Source: Felis catus
Taxonomy: Eukaryota
Direction of reading: 5' to 3'
Length of the DNA stretch: 64,000 nucleotides
NCBI RefSeq assembly: GCF_018350175.1
Contig: NC_058368.1
Coordinates: 160,768,001 to 160,832,000 of the forward strand
Below the pieces are notes generated by a model. The model ran no database searches, was not told the origin of the DNA, and was given only the letters and a program-made list of their open reading frames with translations. Shown here one piece after another: positions 1-13,564 of the stretch. The position numbers and the translations under genes were made by a program. Position 1 is the stretch's first letter. The number at the start of each line of letters is the position of its first letter.

Positions 1-284
1 TTAAAAATCCATTTTATAAGCCACTAGTATCTTTCACTTTTGTTTTTATTAGGATATTACAACTAACATTACCTCACAAAATAAATTATTAATAAGATAA
101 CACATTAGTTTAATATTCAACCAGTATTTACTAAATACCAAATAGTTATAAATCATGTTATAAATCCTGGAAAGCCATCAAAGATATAAAAAGCATACAA
201 CATGTATGAGTCACTATAGCATATTAAAATAACAAATGTATCCAATACACAAGATTAGAAAAGACTAGCGAATAAGTGCTAATG

Positions 285-573
285 TACTTAATCAAAAGTT
301 CTGGTCCAAGGTATAGGTTGACGTGCTAATTGAGAAGAAGCACTGGATAGGTAGCACTATAGGTAGATAGGTTGAAAGCATTATGATTGGTTATGATATT
401 TGGCCTTCTCCAACTGGTCATAATGTGAAAGTGGGCACAAGTATGAGGTAAGGTATCAGTTATTGATTTAGGGCTGACTGGGGTCGATGGCCATACAGTG
501 TATGGTTCAGCTTCTTGGATTGGTTCTATTTTTATATGTGGTCTGGCATTGTCTGTTTATATATTCAGTCTCC
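285..573 (-). mobile_element. Probable ERV LTR fragment
   Basis: Reverse strand begins gagactgaatatataaacagacaatgccagaccacatataaaaatagaac, resembling ERV1-class LTR starts. Confidence 0.45.
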
Positions 574-783
574 CATTACTACTGCAATGACATCCTGTCA
601 TTATAAAGGAAGACTTATAATTCTTTTATATCATCATCCTCATACACTTTTTCATCACACATTAACCCTGTTTTATCAAACCCTGCAGCATATTTGAAAA
701 AAACGGTAGTAATAATAAATGTCCAAAATAACTAAGTTTAACATTATGGATTAGTTATTTGTGGTTTAAATGGCTTTATTTTC

Positions 784-995
784 TTTACACTTATTTATTT
801 ATTTTTGAGAGACAGAGAGAGACAGAGCACAAACAGGAGATGGGCAAAGAGAGAGAGGGACACAGAATCCAAAGACAGGCTCCAGACTCCGAGCTGTCAG
901 CACAGAGCCCAATGCAGGGCTCGAACCCACAAACTGCAAGATCATGACCTGAGTTGAAGTCCGACGCTCAACCGACTGAGCCACCCAGTAGCCCC
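784..995 (-). mobile_element. SINEC (Can-SINE)
   Basis: tRNA-like head, CT tract and tail; 17-bp TSD taaatggctttattttc. Confidence 0.95.
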
Positions 996-1083
996 TAAAT
1001 GGCTTTATTTTCAAAGACGGACATCTGCTTTATGGGGAGGGAAAGAATTAAAGTTAATTTTAAAAATATGTGTAATATAATAG

Positions 1084-1231
1084 ATTTTTAAATTGAATAT
1101 ATTCAAGTCACTAGGACTTCTAAAAGTCACAAAACACATAGAGCAAATTGATAGAATCATGAAAAGGTTTTGCATTCTTTTCACTGAAGAAGTGAGAAGA
1201 GTCAATGAGAGAGTAGAAATTTACTACTAAG
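1084..1231 (+). pseudogene. MROH-like exon remnant
   Basis: After aatag: IFKLNIFKSLGLLKVTKHIEQIDRIMKRFCILFTEEVRRVNERVEIYY*, ending taag|gtttaa. SLG-LLK resembles MROH2B ALGKLLK and NER resembles the (H/W)ER motif. Confidence 0.5.
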
Positions 1232-1586
1232 GTTTAATAGGGCTAGGCTCCATGTTGGACATGTTGTGTACCCTGATCACTGCCCTCCTCCTCACCTTGT
1301 GATAGTGAAAGGTAAACAAAGTATCCAGATGATATAGTTGGAACCACTTTTCATCTCTGTAACTCTGAAAGTTCTAGGGGAGATTTTGGGAAACTAAGGT
1401 AAAAGGTAAATTGGTAAGGTCATAAGAAAATTTACTTGCATTAAGAATGTAGGAATTACCTTACATTTTTATATTCATGAGCATTTCTGAATTTTGAGAA
1501 TTTACTCTTTCACATATTCTGGTTATGTTAATGTTGATATGATTGCATATATGCATTGTTTTTCTTGTTTTCTTTATTGGCAACAG

Positions 1587-1643
1587 TGCCTAAAAAAACC
1601 TTTAACTGAAAAATTGAAGAGGCTCATTCTCCTTGTTTATTAT
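1587..1643 (+). pseudogene. MROH-like exon remnant (57 nt, phase 0-0)
   Basis: Polypyrimidine tract plus caacag acceptor and gtaagt donor. Only one frame is open: CLKKPLTEKLKRLILLVYY. Confidence 0.7.
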
Positions 1644-2606
1644 GTAAGTTGCTCAGGGACCTGGTAATTTAATTAGCCAATTACTTGGATGACCCTCTCT
1701 ATCCTTACTATTACCTAGCTTTCAGTACAAACAGACCATGATAATAGAACAGAGTCAATATTTACTGTCAAGTGTTTGTGAAAGCTATGTGGTATTAAGT
1801 ACTCCTATGATAATTTAGCATTGAATATTCTATAAGAATTAAGTACTTCTAAGTGGAAGTCCTGCTATCTATTATACATAAGAAATAATCCCTGTACTCC
1901 AGTATATGAATGTTATGGAAAGCTAGTCATGTGAATGCATAACTCTCATAAAAGATTAAAAGTGTGTAATGTCTAGAGGAACCATAAAGTCATATGTTTT
2001 CACATCAGACAGCATGTGTTTTCACTGAAGTCAAAGAATTCATGGATCAAAGATAAAACTTTATGGAGAGGCTAAGATTCAACTAGAAATTAAGAAAAGA
2101 ATAAATTTCCATTTGGAAAAATATGAGAGGGGCTGAGGAAGGATTTTTTTTTTAGAAGGAAACCATGTGATCAAAACACAGAAGCTAGAAACTTCTTTGG
2201 CAGGAATTTAGATTTTTCTAGGGTAGAGTGATAAAACACCTCAAGAGAGACAGAATATTGAAATCTGAATGCCCTAACAAACACTTGTGATGGTTTCTGA
2301 ACTGCTGAAGTGACTTGAGCTTTACAAAACATGTTTGTGTTTGAGGAGATTTACATAATGCCCATCCCTACCTCTCTAACATTTAACTTGGGTGATGATA
2401 AAGTCAGTGCACAGAAAACTGAGCCACAGATAAGGTAGCTTACATGTTTGAAGGAACACATACTTTACTGATTAAATCTATGGTTTTGCCATAACAAAAT
2501 TATTGGAATATTTTCTACTTTAGATTTCAAATAAGATCAACAAATTTTATTTTCTGTAGTGTAATTTTAGAACTTTGATTAATACTGCTTTAAAAATTCT
2601 GTATTG

Positions 2607-2829
2607 TGTGGCACTTGGGTGGTCATTCGGTTAAGTGTCCGTCTTCGGCTCAGGTCATGATCTCATAGCTCATGGGTTCGAGCCCCATGTCTGGCTCTGT
2701 GCTGACAGCTTAGAGCCTGAAGCCTGCTTCACATTCTGTGTCTCCCACTTTCTTTTCCCCTCCCCTGCTTATGCTCTGTTTCTCTCTGTCTCTGTCTCTT
2801 TCTCAAAAATAAGTATTATTTTTTTTTTC
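2607..2829 (+). mobile_element. SINEC
   Basis: TSD aaaattctgtattg. Confidence 0.93.
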
Positions 2830-2924
2830 AAAATTCTGTATTGGTTCATAGTATAATTGGCAAAAAATATAAAAGTTTCAAATCCTTGATGACCAAACTC
2901 GGTGCACTGTCTTATTCCCAAAAG

Positions 2925-2989
2925 GACCAAGAGTGCAAAATACTTTCTGTTGCCATGAAATAATTGTTTTTGGAGATACTGTAGTCAAG
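2925..2989 (+). pseudogene. MROH-like exon remnant
   Basis: cttattcccaaaag acceptor and AAG|gtaaag donor. DQECKILSVAMK*LFLEIL*S continues the previous exon and resembles the MROH D-x4-(I/T)RQ-x-A HEAT turn. Stops at 2961 and 2982. Confidence 0.65.
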
Positions 2990-3169
2990 GTAAAGTTGTC
3001 TAGAATTATTTGTTAGGTCCTCATTCTGGGTGAGTCACATTAATAACCACCATTATGGAAGCAGAATAGAATTACAAATAATGGTTGTTTTGAAAATAGA
3101 GATTTAGCAGAAACAGCTAATGGGCAGCTTCTATTCAACTTGCAGTTTGTATTTCTCATTTCATGACAG

Positions 3170-3234
3170 AATGTTACTGCAAAGAGGATGAAAAGGAAAC
3201 ATTTCATTTTTATGATTTTATATTTCAAAGAAAG
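3170..3234 (+). pseudogene. MROH-like exon remnant
   Basis: tttctcatttcatgacag acceptor and AAG|gtaaaa donor. CYCKEDEKETFHFYDFIFQRK versus MROH1 VHPDPAILFHTCHSVGQ. Confidence 0.65.
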
Positions 3235-3542
3235 GTAAAAATTATAAACCTCTGAATGAGATTTGTTTTTTTAACTAGTCATGGCTGTCCAAAAGCAAGG
3301 ATGTACTAAGGTAAGAAGATTACCATATGTGGTCTGAAGCATGTTACAAGGAATAAGACTTTTTAAAACTTCAGCATAAAAAGCTGTCTATATTGTTGTT
3401 GCTTAACATTACACCTAAAAATCATAATTAACTGAGAAAAATGACATTAACATTTTGACAAAAAAGTACCAACGTCTTGTCTTTCATGAGTTCTGAATGG
3501 CTTCACCCTCCTTCATAACCCTCTGTCCATCTGTCTGTTGTA

Positions 3543-3783
3543 CAGTAAAATCTTGGTTTGTGAGCATAATTCATTCTGGAAGTGTGCTTTTAATGCAAAG
3601 CACGTGTATATCAAAGCGAATTGCAAGAACCATTGGCTCAGTTGTGATCACGTGACAGTCGGTATCACATGCTACTCATATTGCAAGACATCGCTCATTT
3701 ATCAAGTTAAAATTTATTGGAAATGTTTGCTCATCTTGCTAAACACTCGCAGAGCAAGTTACTCTCAATCCAAGGTTTTACTT
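3543..3783. mobile_element. Tc1/mariner-Tigger-type MITE
   Basis: Terminal inverted repeats cagtaaaatcttggtttgtgag and ctctcaatccaaggttttactt (18/22 match), with TA immediately to the left. Confidence 0.8.
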
Positions 3784-4394
3784 TTATTTTGAACCCACCC
3801 TACCAAATGTCCATACGTCATATGTTATGGCTGATATTTCTGTCTGGAAAGTATTGAATCTTTGTTTACCTTGAAGGAGAGCCACACTTACCAATGGTCA
3901 TGCATCAATATGGAGGTAAGACAGCTGAGGGTGTCAACAGTCCAGAGGAGAAAATACCAGTGCTCCAAAGAGAAATCTCATATAGTAATTTGTACAAGGT
4001 CAACACACAACAGGATTTCCTCCTCCTTTGTCTCTAATCAGGTCTTCTAACCCCCATGATTCTTTCTCCTAATGACACCTACTCTGAAACTTCTGAGATG
4101 ACAATAAGCTTATTTCATAAATGCCCATTCTCTTAATTTAAGGAAACTTGCTTTGCTCATACCCAATAAATTATTTTCCTTTTAGTTCTATATGTAGTCT
4201 GTCAAATTATACTTTGCAAGTTATTTACACCCATATTAAAATCCATATAATATTTTTTCTGAGGTAATGATTGTACATATTTTTCCAAATCTGTATGCTT
4301 TGATTTTATTCTACTAAAGTATATATAACATAAAATCTACCACTTTGACCATTTTTAAGCATAGTATATAATATTTTTAAAGAACTGCCTTTAG

Positions 4395-4520
4395 GTTGGG
4401 ACTTGTTGAATGTTTAATTCTGGTATTTACTAGCTGTGTGGCATCTGCCTTAATTTTTCTTTATCTCAATTTCCTCATCTTCCAAATGAGCATAACTGCA
4501 ATTGATCTCACTTACAAAGA
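4395..4520 (+). mobile_element. MIR SINE fragment (a second piece lies near 6370-6480)
   Basis: ttactagctgtgtg...ctcaatttcctcatcttccaaatg core. Confidence 0.7.
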
Positions 4521-4559
4521 AAATCACAATCTCTATCAGTTCTGTTCTCCTTCTACAAA

Positions 4560-6300
4560 TCATGCTACATTTCTGTGGCTCATTCAGTTTTCCACTCTTC
4601 TAGATGACGATTTCATTCTTTATTTCTCTTGTCAAACATCCAACCCCTTTTCCCTCATCCACATTCTGAACTGTTGACCTTTTTCCTACTTTGCTAAGAA
4701 AAAAAAATGAGAAGAAAGTTTCAGCGAGCTCCCATCATCACATATACCCTCATTTGTATTTTTGCTCTTGTAATCTGTCTTCCCTCTAAATATCTTATAA
4801 TCTGCCTTCTCTCTAAATATTTTTGAGTTCTCTGCTCTTCACAGAGGACAACTGCTTCATTTGTATAACAGATCCTTCCCATCTCCTCTACTCAAGGCTG
4901 TCACTCCAGATTTCTCCCTTCTTTTGTACATAATTATGTATTCATTTCCTCCCCCATCAAGAAATATACAAGAAATATATAAAAAATATTTTTTCCACTT
5001 TAATAAAACCTTGTAACCCATTGTCTTCCCCCAGCTACTACCCTGTTTCTTTCCTTTCCTTTCTTCTTGAAAGTGTTTTCCATATTTTCTCTCTTAATAA
5101 ATCATCTTCTATTTACTGAAACACTCTACCAAAATTGTTTTCTCAAAGTTAACAATAACATTTGCTTTGCTAAATCCATTGGTCAATTTCGTCCTAAAAT
5201 ATTCCCTTCACTAGCATTCTTAATTCAACATTCTCTACTCTTCCCCTCCTCTACTGGCTACCTTCAGTAAGTGTTTTGCTGATTTCTTCTTTATCTTCCT
5301 ATGCTCCAAACACTAGTTGGCCAACTCTTGGACTTTCTCCTCTTGCTCTTAGCAAGTCTCATGGTTCATTGAGTATCATCTATTTGCTAACAACTCCCAA
5401 ATTTACATCTTAAGCTTTGATCTCCCCCTGAAATCCAGGCTTATGTCTGCAGCTGCTTACTTGATATTACACTTGGCTGCTTAATTGGCATCTCATATGG
5501 AACACATCAAAAGATAAACTTCTGAGAGTCTAAGTATAGTCTTTCCCATCTCAATAAATTGTAACTTCTTCCTTCCAGGTGCTCAGTATAAACTTTTCAA
5601 CTCCCCTCCTTCCCTCACATCTGATATTCAAACCTTCAGCAAAGTTCTATTGACTCTGCCTTTTATCCAGTGGAGACTACTTCTCAACACCCTCTTCTTC
5701 CCCACAGTCATTAAGGTCACTACTCTGAGCCATCTTCAGCCCTGAATGAGTTATCACAATAGCTTCTTTTCTGATATCCCAACTTCCCTTCTCCAGTCGT
5801 TCTCATCATGGAGCCAAAGTCGTTCTCAGGGGGTATATGTCCCTCTTCTGCTGAAATCACCTCAAAGCCTTTTTATCTCACAGTGAAAACCAAAGTTGTT
5901 AAAAATACACATGAATATTTTGGGATCTTATAAGTCTTTCCCATTTTTTCTTCATCATCTGAAACACTTTCCTGTGCTTTCTCATCTTAGGCTACACTGT
6001 CTTTCAAGATACTTTCAAACAAGCCAGACATCCTTCCCCTGAGAGATTTTCCTTTTGTTGGGATGCTCTTTAGATATTTGCATTACTCAGTCTCTCATCT
6101 CCTTTAGATTTTTATTAAAATATCATCTTCTAATTAAGGAAGACCTGCTCTGACTATCCAATCTATCTTTCTAAAAATAACATCTACAAATAACATTTGG
6201 TAATTTAATAATTTTTTATGTTTGTATTCTGACTCTTCCTTCGTCCCACCACCACCAGCACATAAGATCCATGGGGGTGGAAACTTTATCCTTTTTTTTT
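4560..6300 (+). mobile_element. L2 LINE remnant
   Basis: Pyrimidine-rich, with L2 motifs tgctaaatccattggtcaatt and catctatttgctaacaactcccaaattt. Confidence 0.75.
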
Positions 6301-7043
6301 TAAAGGTGTTATGGAAATTGTGAAAATTTAAAAGTATCTGTAATATAGTTATTATACATAGGTATTATTTGAATTATTACCTATCATAAAGGTTGTTGAA
6401 AAATTAGAGGACATAATGTAAATAATCCCTGAGTGCATATGGGATGTAACAGAAATTTAGTACATGCTTTCTATTATTATGACATGCCCTGAAATCTCAC
6501 ACAGGTAATCATACTTTAGGATATAAAGCTCGACACCTCAGTCCATTGAGAGAAGGAGGCACATTAATCTCTGTGTTGGTACATTGAGGGGCATTTGATT
6601 GACAGGGTCAACAGTAGAGTGGTTATCTGTTTAGGAAAACAAAGTAATTTTAAACTTAAGAGACTAGGTCACTGGATTGCATATTTAGATATTTTTCTAG
6701 AATAACTACTTTCTGTACTTCCATTAAATTAAGCATTGTATAGAAGTCTATGCCATTTCATTATGGTTTTGTATCTGTAAATACAAATTTTGTAACACAG
6801 GATTAATGTTACTAAAGTTATATCCAGTCTTTATTATACATACATTATTATACATTATTATATTTGCCATCTACCATTAATGAAATGTTTAAGTTTTCAG
6901 TTTAAAATTAAAAAAAATGATATTGTCTACTTTTCAAACAAACCCTTTATAAAGATTATTTCAGGCAGTTTTGTATCAGTTTTTGTATATATTTAATTTT
7001 ATGAAATGAGAAGTAAAGTAAAACCCTATTTCTCTATTTTAAG

Positions 7044-7130
7044 ATTAATACCCCAAATCCTTGTACCAGTTAGCGGTGACAAAAACTGAAATGTGATGGA
7101 TAGCAAATTATCACTTAATAGATTGGATGG
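7044..7130 (+). pseudogene. MROH-like exon remnant (boundaries and frame uncertain)
   Basis: tttctctattttaag acceptor and GG|gtggga donor. LIPQILVPVSGDKN*NVMDSK weakly resembles MROH2B FIPNEEIL...DGLES. Confidence 0.45.
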
Positions 7131-7867
7131 GTGGGATAAAAAAAATAAAATTCTTTGAATGTTTTCAAATTGCTCTTCTGGCAAATTAATGTGTTTAATA
7201 TATAGAGATTATAGTTTGATTCTAAATGTATTTTACTTAGTAATTTTATGAAGTATTGCCACAATCAAAATGAAATAACACGTATATTTAAAAAAATTTT
7301 TAAACATATTTAAAAAATATATTGTTATTTTCTTTAAAATGGTTTTGATGGGAGTATTAGTCAGCTCTTATAAGTATCTTCAGGTTAGAAACATATGCCT
7401 CAATACTCACAGCATCTTATTTAAAATCTGGTACATTCCTAACGCTCAGAAAATTTATTTGATGTAATTTATTGATTTTTTTTAAAGTCCCTTTATAATA
7501 TGGCCAAAATATGTTTTTATACATTATAGTATATGTATATTTTCCTTACTCTTCCTATTCTCTTTATCAAAAATATAAAGGCTTAAAATTATTTTAGGAT
7601 AAATATTTGCAATTAAGGGAAACTTAGTTATTTAATTTGTTTATAGAATTACTATTTTTGGGTAGACTAAATGCTAACTAAATAACAGGCTATGTGCCTC
7701 CCTAAAGAATGTTTACAAGTTAAAAAGATATGAGGCTTATTTAATTTCTATCAATAGTGTTGTAAAACATATGTTATTGGAAATAGCCAGATATTTTTAC
7801 TATTAGTAGAAATTAAAGATATTTTGAGCAAAATAACTTTAGTGGAAGAGAAAATGTAGCATTTTTA

Positions 7868-8087
7868 TTTTTTTTTTTTATTATTTAGTTTTGAGAGAGA
7901 GAAGTGGGGGGAGAGAGAGAACGAGCAGGGAAGGGGCGGAGAGAGAAGGAGACACAGAATCCAAAGTTGGCTTCAGGCTCTGAGCTGTCATCACAGAGCC
8001 CGACCTGGGGCTCAAACCCACAAGCCGTGAGATCATGACCTGAGCTGAAGTCAAATGCTTAACTGACTGAGCCACCCAGGCACCCCT
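7868..8087 (-). mobile_element. SINEC
   Basis: TSD aaaatgtag(c/t)attttta. Confidence 0.95.
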
Positions 8088-8589
8088 AAAATGTAGTATT
8101 TTTAAACCTGAAAACCCAGAAAAGGAACAAATAAATGTTTTTCTTATGTATTAGATTTATAAAGGCAAGTATTAAGGTTTTAAATTTTAAACATGAGTAA
8201 ATTCTAAAATTCTAAATACAATGAGTAAGAGCTGTGAAGAGAAATGTCTTCTTACTTATTGTGTCTACAGTATAGTTACAGTGTTTTCTACATTGTATTG
8301 CCACCATATCCTAGCTAGAAATTGACTAAAATAGTTTTTCCAGGAGTTTCTTGGTGTTTTGTTTTGTTTTGTTGTTGTGTCATTTTTGTTTTGTTTTGTT
8401 TTGGTTATTGTTAAAGCATATTTTCCAAATAGGTGATGACTTAGTCAAGGGCATCCTGACACTTTTATGTAGATAGGAAAGAAGGGGCATAGGGACTTCC
8501 TGACCCATCATAGGTGTGATATTTAGGTAAGAGTTAGGTATAGTATTCAAGTAAGAATATTTATATCAATGTATACATTCATCTATAGT

Positions 8590-8794
8590 GAACAAACTGG
8601 TTACGGGGGGTGGGGGGACACATGGGGGAAGGGATGGGTAAAATAAGAGATGGGAATTAAGGAGAGCATTTGTGAGGAGTACTAGGTGTTGTATGGAAGT
8701 GTTGAATTATTATATTGCACACGTGAAACTAATATTACATTGTATGGTAACTGGAATTTAAACAAAAACTGAAAAAAAACTACACTGTAAAAAA
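8590..8794 (+). mobile_element. Carnivore LINE-1 3'UTR fragment
   Basis: G-rich tract, ggtgttgtatggaagtgttgaatt...gaaactaatattacattgtatg, then an A-rich tail. Confidence 0.8.
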
Positions 8795-8829
8795 AAGAGT
8801 AGGTGTAGTCATTCTATTTGAAACTTTAA

Positions 8830-9960
8830 TCAAAATTAGACATTTTGCACAAGAAGTTAAAATTTTACAAAATTAATACAAAATTGTAAACTTATATAAA
8901 TATAATTTTAATCATCTTACCAAGAAATCTACCCAGCACTTAAATATCTGTGCATCAAGAAAGCACCAGTCATGGACACATTTTTTTTTTTAATTTTTTA
9001 ATGTTTATTTCTGAGAGAGAGAAAGAGAGACAGAGTGTAAGCAGGGGTGGGGTAGAGAAGCAGAATCCAAAACAGGCTCCAGGCTCTGAGCTGTCACCAC
9101 AGAGCCCAACGCGGGGCTCAAACTCATGAACTGTGAGATCATGACCTGAGCCAAAGTTGGATGTTCAACCGACTGAGCCACCCCTCATGGACATTTTTAC
9201 ATTGAATTTTACCAGACTTCAAAGAAATGAGATTCCCTATCTTATACCATTTCTTTTCTGATATAATAGAAGAAGAAAATCTCCCACATTGTGTATAACG
9301 TTAATTGTAATCTCCAAAAATGTCTGCACAAAATAATATCTTCATTAAAATAGAAGTATACTTAATTCATCTATGTATAAATAAAATAATACATTGTGAC
9401 CAAGTACGTTTTAAATCAAAAGAGCACGGGTGATAAAATAAAAGTATTCATACATATATGAATATTAAGGGAATGTTACTTTCTGTTCATGTTAAAAACA
9501 TTTACGTGCAAACATGTTTTTTTTTAATTAACCAAAATGTCTACCTAAAACCTCTAGTAATTGTGATTTAATATTGAAACATTAGAATCATTTTCATGCT
9601 GATTAAAAAATTGCGATTGAGAAAAGAATGTTAATTACCAGAGCTTCTATTCAATATTTAATTTTTAATTCTAACCAACATACTACAACAAGAAAACAGT
9701 GTTATAAAGTTTAGAAAGCAAAAACATAATCATTTGTAAAAGGTAGAATTATGTATCAATAAAACCAATGTCTGCATAGTACTTCAATTAATGACATTCT
9801 AAATGTGTGCACATACTGAAAAATCACTATAAAAAAGTCAGTTTTTTTATATCCAGTACACATATAAGAATAAATAAGCAAATAAACAAAAAAAGCTTAA
9901 AAATCTGAATGGCCTCAAAATACAAAATAAACAAATAAATAAAAAGTTAAATACTTCTTC
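8830..9960 (+). mobile_element. Ancient L1M ORF2 remnant (SINE nested)
   Basis: A-rich degenerate ORF2-like motifs (tgaattttaccagacttcaaag, cttctattcaatatt). Confidence 0.5.
8982..9185 (-). mobile_element. SINEC
   Basis: TSD core tcatggaca; slightly 5'-truncated. Confidence 0.93.
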
Positions 9961-10099
9961 TAGGATTATCTTCTTGGAACTGTCCTTAGCAGACAAACTA
10001 TGAAATATATGTATATGTTACACATGCATGTAAAGAGATGTATGTGTGTATACATGTATACTTGTAAATGTATGCTATATATCATTCTACCAATTGTTT

Positions 10100-10312
10100 T
10101 TATTTTTAATTTTTTTATGTTTATTCATTTTGAGAGAGAGAGAGAGCGAGCAGGGAAGGGGCAGAAAGAGAGAGGAAGAGAGAGAATCTCAAGCAGGCTT
10201 CATGCTGTTGGCAGAGAGCCCAACCCAAGGTTCCATCTTAAAACTGTGAGATCATGATCTGAGCCACAATCAAGAGTCAGAGGCTTAACTGACTGAGCCA
10301 GCCAGGCACCCC
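10100..10312 (-). mobile_element. SINEC (aatcaagagt subtype)
   Basis: Head gactgagccagccaggcacccc and AG tract on the + strand. Confidence 0.92.
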
Positions 10313-11299
10313 AGTCTAACGATAGTTTAATGACTTCATTTTATGGCATACATATAAAAAGGCTGTTTCAGACTTTTATTCTCCAAACTCCAGCTGCAGA
10401 ATCAGCTTTTTAAAAAAAGTTGTCCGTTTGTTTTGATGTATAAACTAGTAATATATAGAAACTATTATAGAAACTAGTAATATGGGTCCAAAAGTAAAAC
10501 TTGTGCAGAAAGGAATACAGACAATGTCCTCTTACCCTTCTATCTTTTCACCCTTCTTGCCACCCACTCTTTGTAGACAATCAGTACCATTAGTATTTGA
10601 TTTACCTTCTCCATTTTTATTTTTGCAAGGAAAAGAGTAATACATTTATATTTTTGCCACTTTTTTTTATTAAATGTAAAAATTACTCATTATAGATATT
10701 CTTTTGTACTTTGCTTCTTTCATTTAAAAATATTTCCTGGAAGTCACTCCCCATCTTTTCAAAGAGATCATATCATTTTTTAAGGCTACATAATACTTCA
10801 TTATGTGGATGTACTATTTAATTACTCTCTTATCATTGGGGACTGTGTTACTTTTTTTTCCTTTTTCTGTTTTTAATTACAGATAATACTGCATGAATAA
10901 GTATGGAAATGTATATTTTCAATTTGTTTGATGTATCTTCAGCCTAAATTTATGAAGTGAGTTTGCTGGGTCAAAACTTAAATGCTAGTGTACTTTTGTT
11001 AGACGTTGACAAATTCTTCTGTAGTTTGAAGTATATGTGACACCTGCTTATCCACAGATCCATGCTCAGACTATGTTGTTATCCATATTTTTAATTTCTA
11101 ATAGATACTTAAATTTTTTTTATCAACCTGACAAATGGAAGTTAAAAAACGAATCAAAGTGTGATTTAATTTATATTTCTCTAATTATGAGTTCGATTTT
11201 TGTTATTCATTTTATTTTTGTTTTTCAAATACATTTAGGAGTCACCCTGAAAAATAACCTACAATGATTTTGCCTTCTGTTATTAATTATATACTTATA

Positions 11300-11660
11300 T
11301 AGTCCGTTTCCACATGAAACAGGACTGACTTTGTAACTAGTAGCATACTAGATAGGTAGTGGTGCAGGAGTTCTGAATGTATGCCATAAAAGGCAAGCCA
11401 GCTGTTTTCTTGGACTCCTGCTTTGTTCAGTCTGTGAGAATCCAACTAGTATGCTGTGAGAACACATAAGCTGTCTTTTGGAGAGTCCCTTTTCAAGGAC
11501 AATTGAGTTCTCCCATCAACAGCTAATTGTAACTTCCAAACCTGTGGGAGTGAGTCACCTCAGAATCAGATCTTCCAGCCCTATTTCAGTCTTCAGATAA
11601 CTGCAACCCTGGCTGATATCTGAATACCACCTCATGACTCAAATCAGAAATGCCCAGCCA
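11300..11660 (+). mobile_element. MLT1 (MaLR) LTR remnant
   Basis: gatcttccagccc...cttcagataactgcaaccctggctgatatctga motif. Confidence 0.7.
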
Positions 11661-11689
11661 CTGTGTCCTGTTCTTGGTTCTAGGTACGG

Positions 11690-12900
11690 GGGTTCCCCAG
11701 TTTCTGTTTGTCTGAAACTGTCCTTTATTTGCCATCATATCTGAAAACTATTTCCCACTGGAAATAAAATACTATATTCCCAGTAATTTTAGCACTTAGA
11801 AGATGGAAATCCATTATTTGTCTTGTGAATACAATGCTCAGTTACTTTGTTGCTCCTTTAAATGTGAATTGTAGTTTTTTTGGTTGCTTTTAAGACTTTT
11901 GTTTTGATTTTCTTCCTAAACAGTTTCATTATGATGCTAAGTGTGGTTTTCTCAGATTCCTCCTGTTGGGTTTTATAGAACTTCTAAAATCTTTGTAAAT
12001 GGATATCTTTTGTCATTTTTTTTTTTCGGTTTTATCAACTGTTCTTCTGCTATCTCTTCTAATAGACTACTCCATTATCTTTCTCCTTTCCTTCTGGATC
12101 ATATATTTTCATTTGACCCACTATAGCTCTTACTCTGTTTATGTATTTTCCTACTACTTTTGTCTCTCTAACCTTTTTTTTTTTCCTACTGATCTATCAT
12201 TCTGTTCAAATATTGTGTCTTCAGTTGTATCTGATTTGCTCTTAGTTTCGTCTGTTGAATTTATAATTTCAGTTACTATATATTTCAGTTTTAGAAGGTC
12301 CACTCCATTTATTTTATAAATCTCAACTTATTGCTGAAATTTTGCTTCTTATTTATATTTTAACTTTATTTATATTTATAATTTAACCTTATAATTAATG
12401 TTATTATTATGGTTAAAGACAATATTTGAAAATAATGATGATCTGGTTCATCTAGGAGCCTTTTTCTTTTCTTTTTTTCATTCTTCTTTCTTCTTCCTCT
12501 TTTTTCTGGTGTTTCTCTTGGTCTTATTTTCTGGTATGATTCTAATTTTGTATTAATGTAGATATTGCATGTGAGTTTCTGAGTAATGTCATCTTCCTTA
12601 CAAAAGTGTTTATTTTGGTTCTGGAGGCATTTTGAGAAGGGGAAGATGATCGGAATCATTCCTGGATTGGGTGATTCTAAGGAGTTTTTGTTTTTGTTTC
12701 TTTGTTTATTTTTTCATTGGTTGATTTCCAAATTGCTCTTCCTTTAATGTGTCTCCCTTCATGGTCTGTCCTGAAACCTTACTGTTTTTCTAAGGATCCT
12801 ATGCCTTTTATACACAGTGGTCTCCATAAGAATCTGCCAAAAGCCCTGTTTGGCTTCTGAGATTCTTACCTACTACACTATACCTAATTTTCAGCCTTTT
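11690..12900 (-). mobile_element. Ancient L1M 5'/ORF1-region remnant
   Basis: T-rich strand with tctgttgaatttataatttcagttactatatatttcagttttagaag, typical of the reverse strand of old L1 ORF1. Confidence 0.55.
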
Positions 12901-13564
12901 TAAGTTGCTACACTCAAATAAAAACACATTGTAAGGGAAAAGTGGTACAAAACGTAAGATTCCTTTCGACTTTTTATTTTCTCTGAGATGTTATAACTTC
13001 AATTCATAAATGTCATAAACATCAACTTGTGTCTCTTCAGACTCTGAATGCAGGCTCTTACTCTCTTAATTACAACTTCCTACTCAGCTCTTCATATCTT
13101 TACCTGATATGCAAGTATCTTTGGGGGAAATTAGCAAAAAAATTAAAATCTGCCTCATTTTGTTTCTTCCTTACCATTGGGATATCAACTCCTAATTCCA
13201 TTTAAGTAAGAATTCATCCTACAAGGTACTCTTTTGTAACCAGAAGTAAAAGTTTTCTTACTGCCTTGTTTGTAAGAATCATAGCATTAAATTGTAACTT
13301 ACGATTTTCTTCTTGATTTGGTGAATTTGTATATTAGTTTGTATATAACTTTTAAAATATAATTTGTATATAACTTTTAAAAATTATTCATTTAAATGTT
13401 GATAAGGGAGGTCTTCATCTCTACCTCTTTCTATATTCTTTGTCGATAATTCTTTATTAAGATGTCACTTTTTTTTTTAAAGAGAATCACCTTTCAGATC
13501 ATTCTGCGTCATTGTCATTGTCCATTTCCTTTCTTTGTAAACCTTGTTAGTGATTTTCTTTTTT

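Noticed and set aside
3017..3030. Possible 13-nt micro-exon (ttgttag GTCCTCATTCTGG gtgagt)
   Set aside because: It is under 30 bp from the preceding donor, too short for an intron.
2925..3234. Stop-free alternative splice GPRVQNTFCCHEIIVFGDTVVK + NVTAKRMKRKHFIFMILYFKE suggesting a live gene
   Set aside because: It is out of phase with the 1587-1643 exon, stops early in the 7044 exon, and matches nothing I recognise, whereas the other frames match MROH motifs.
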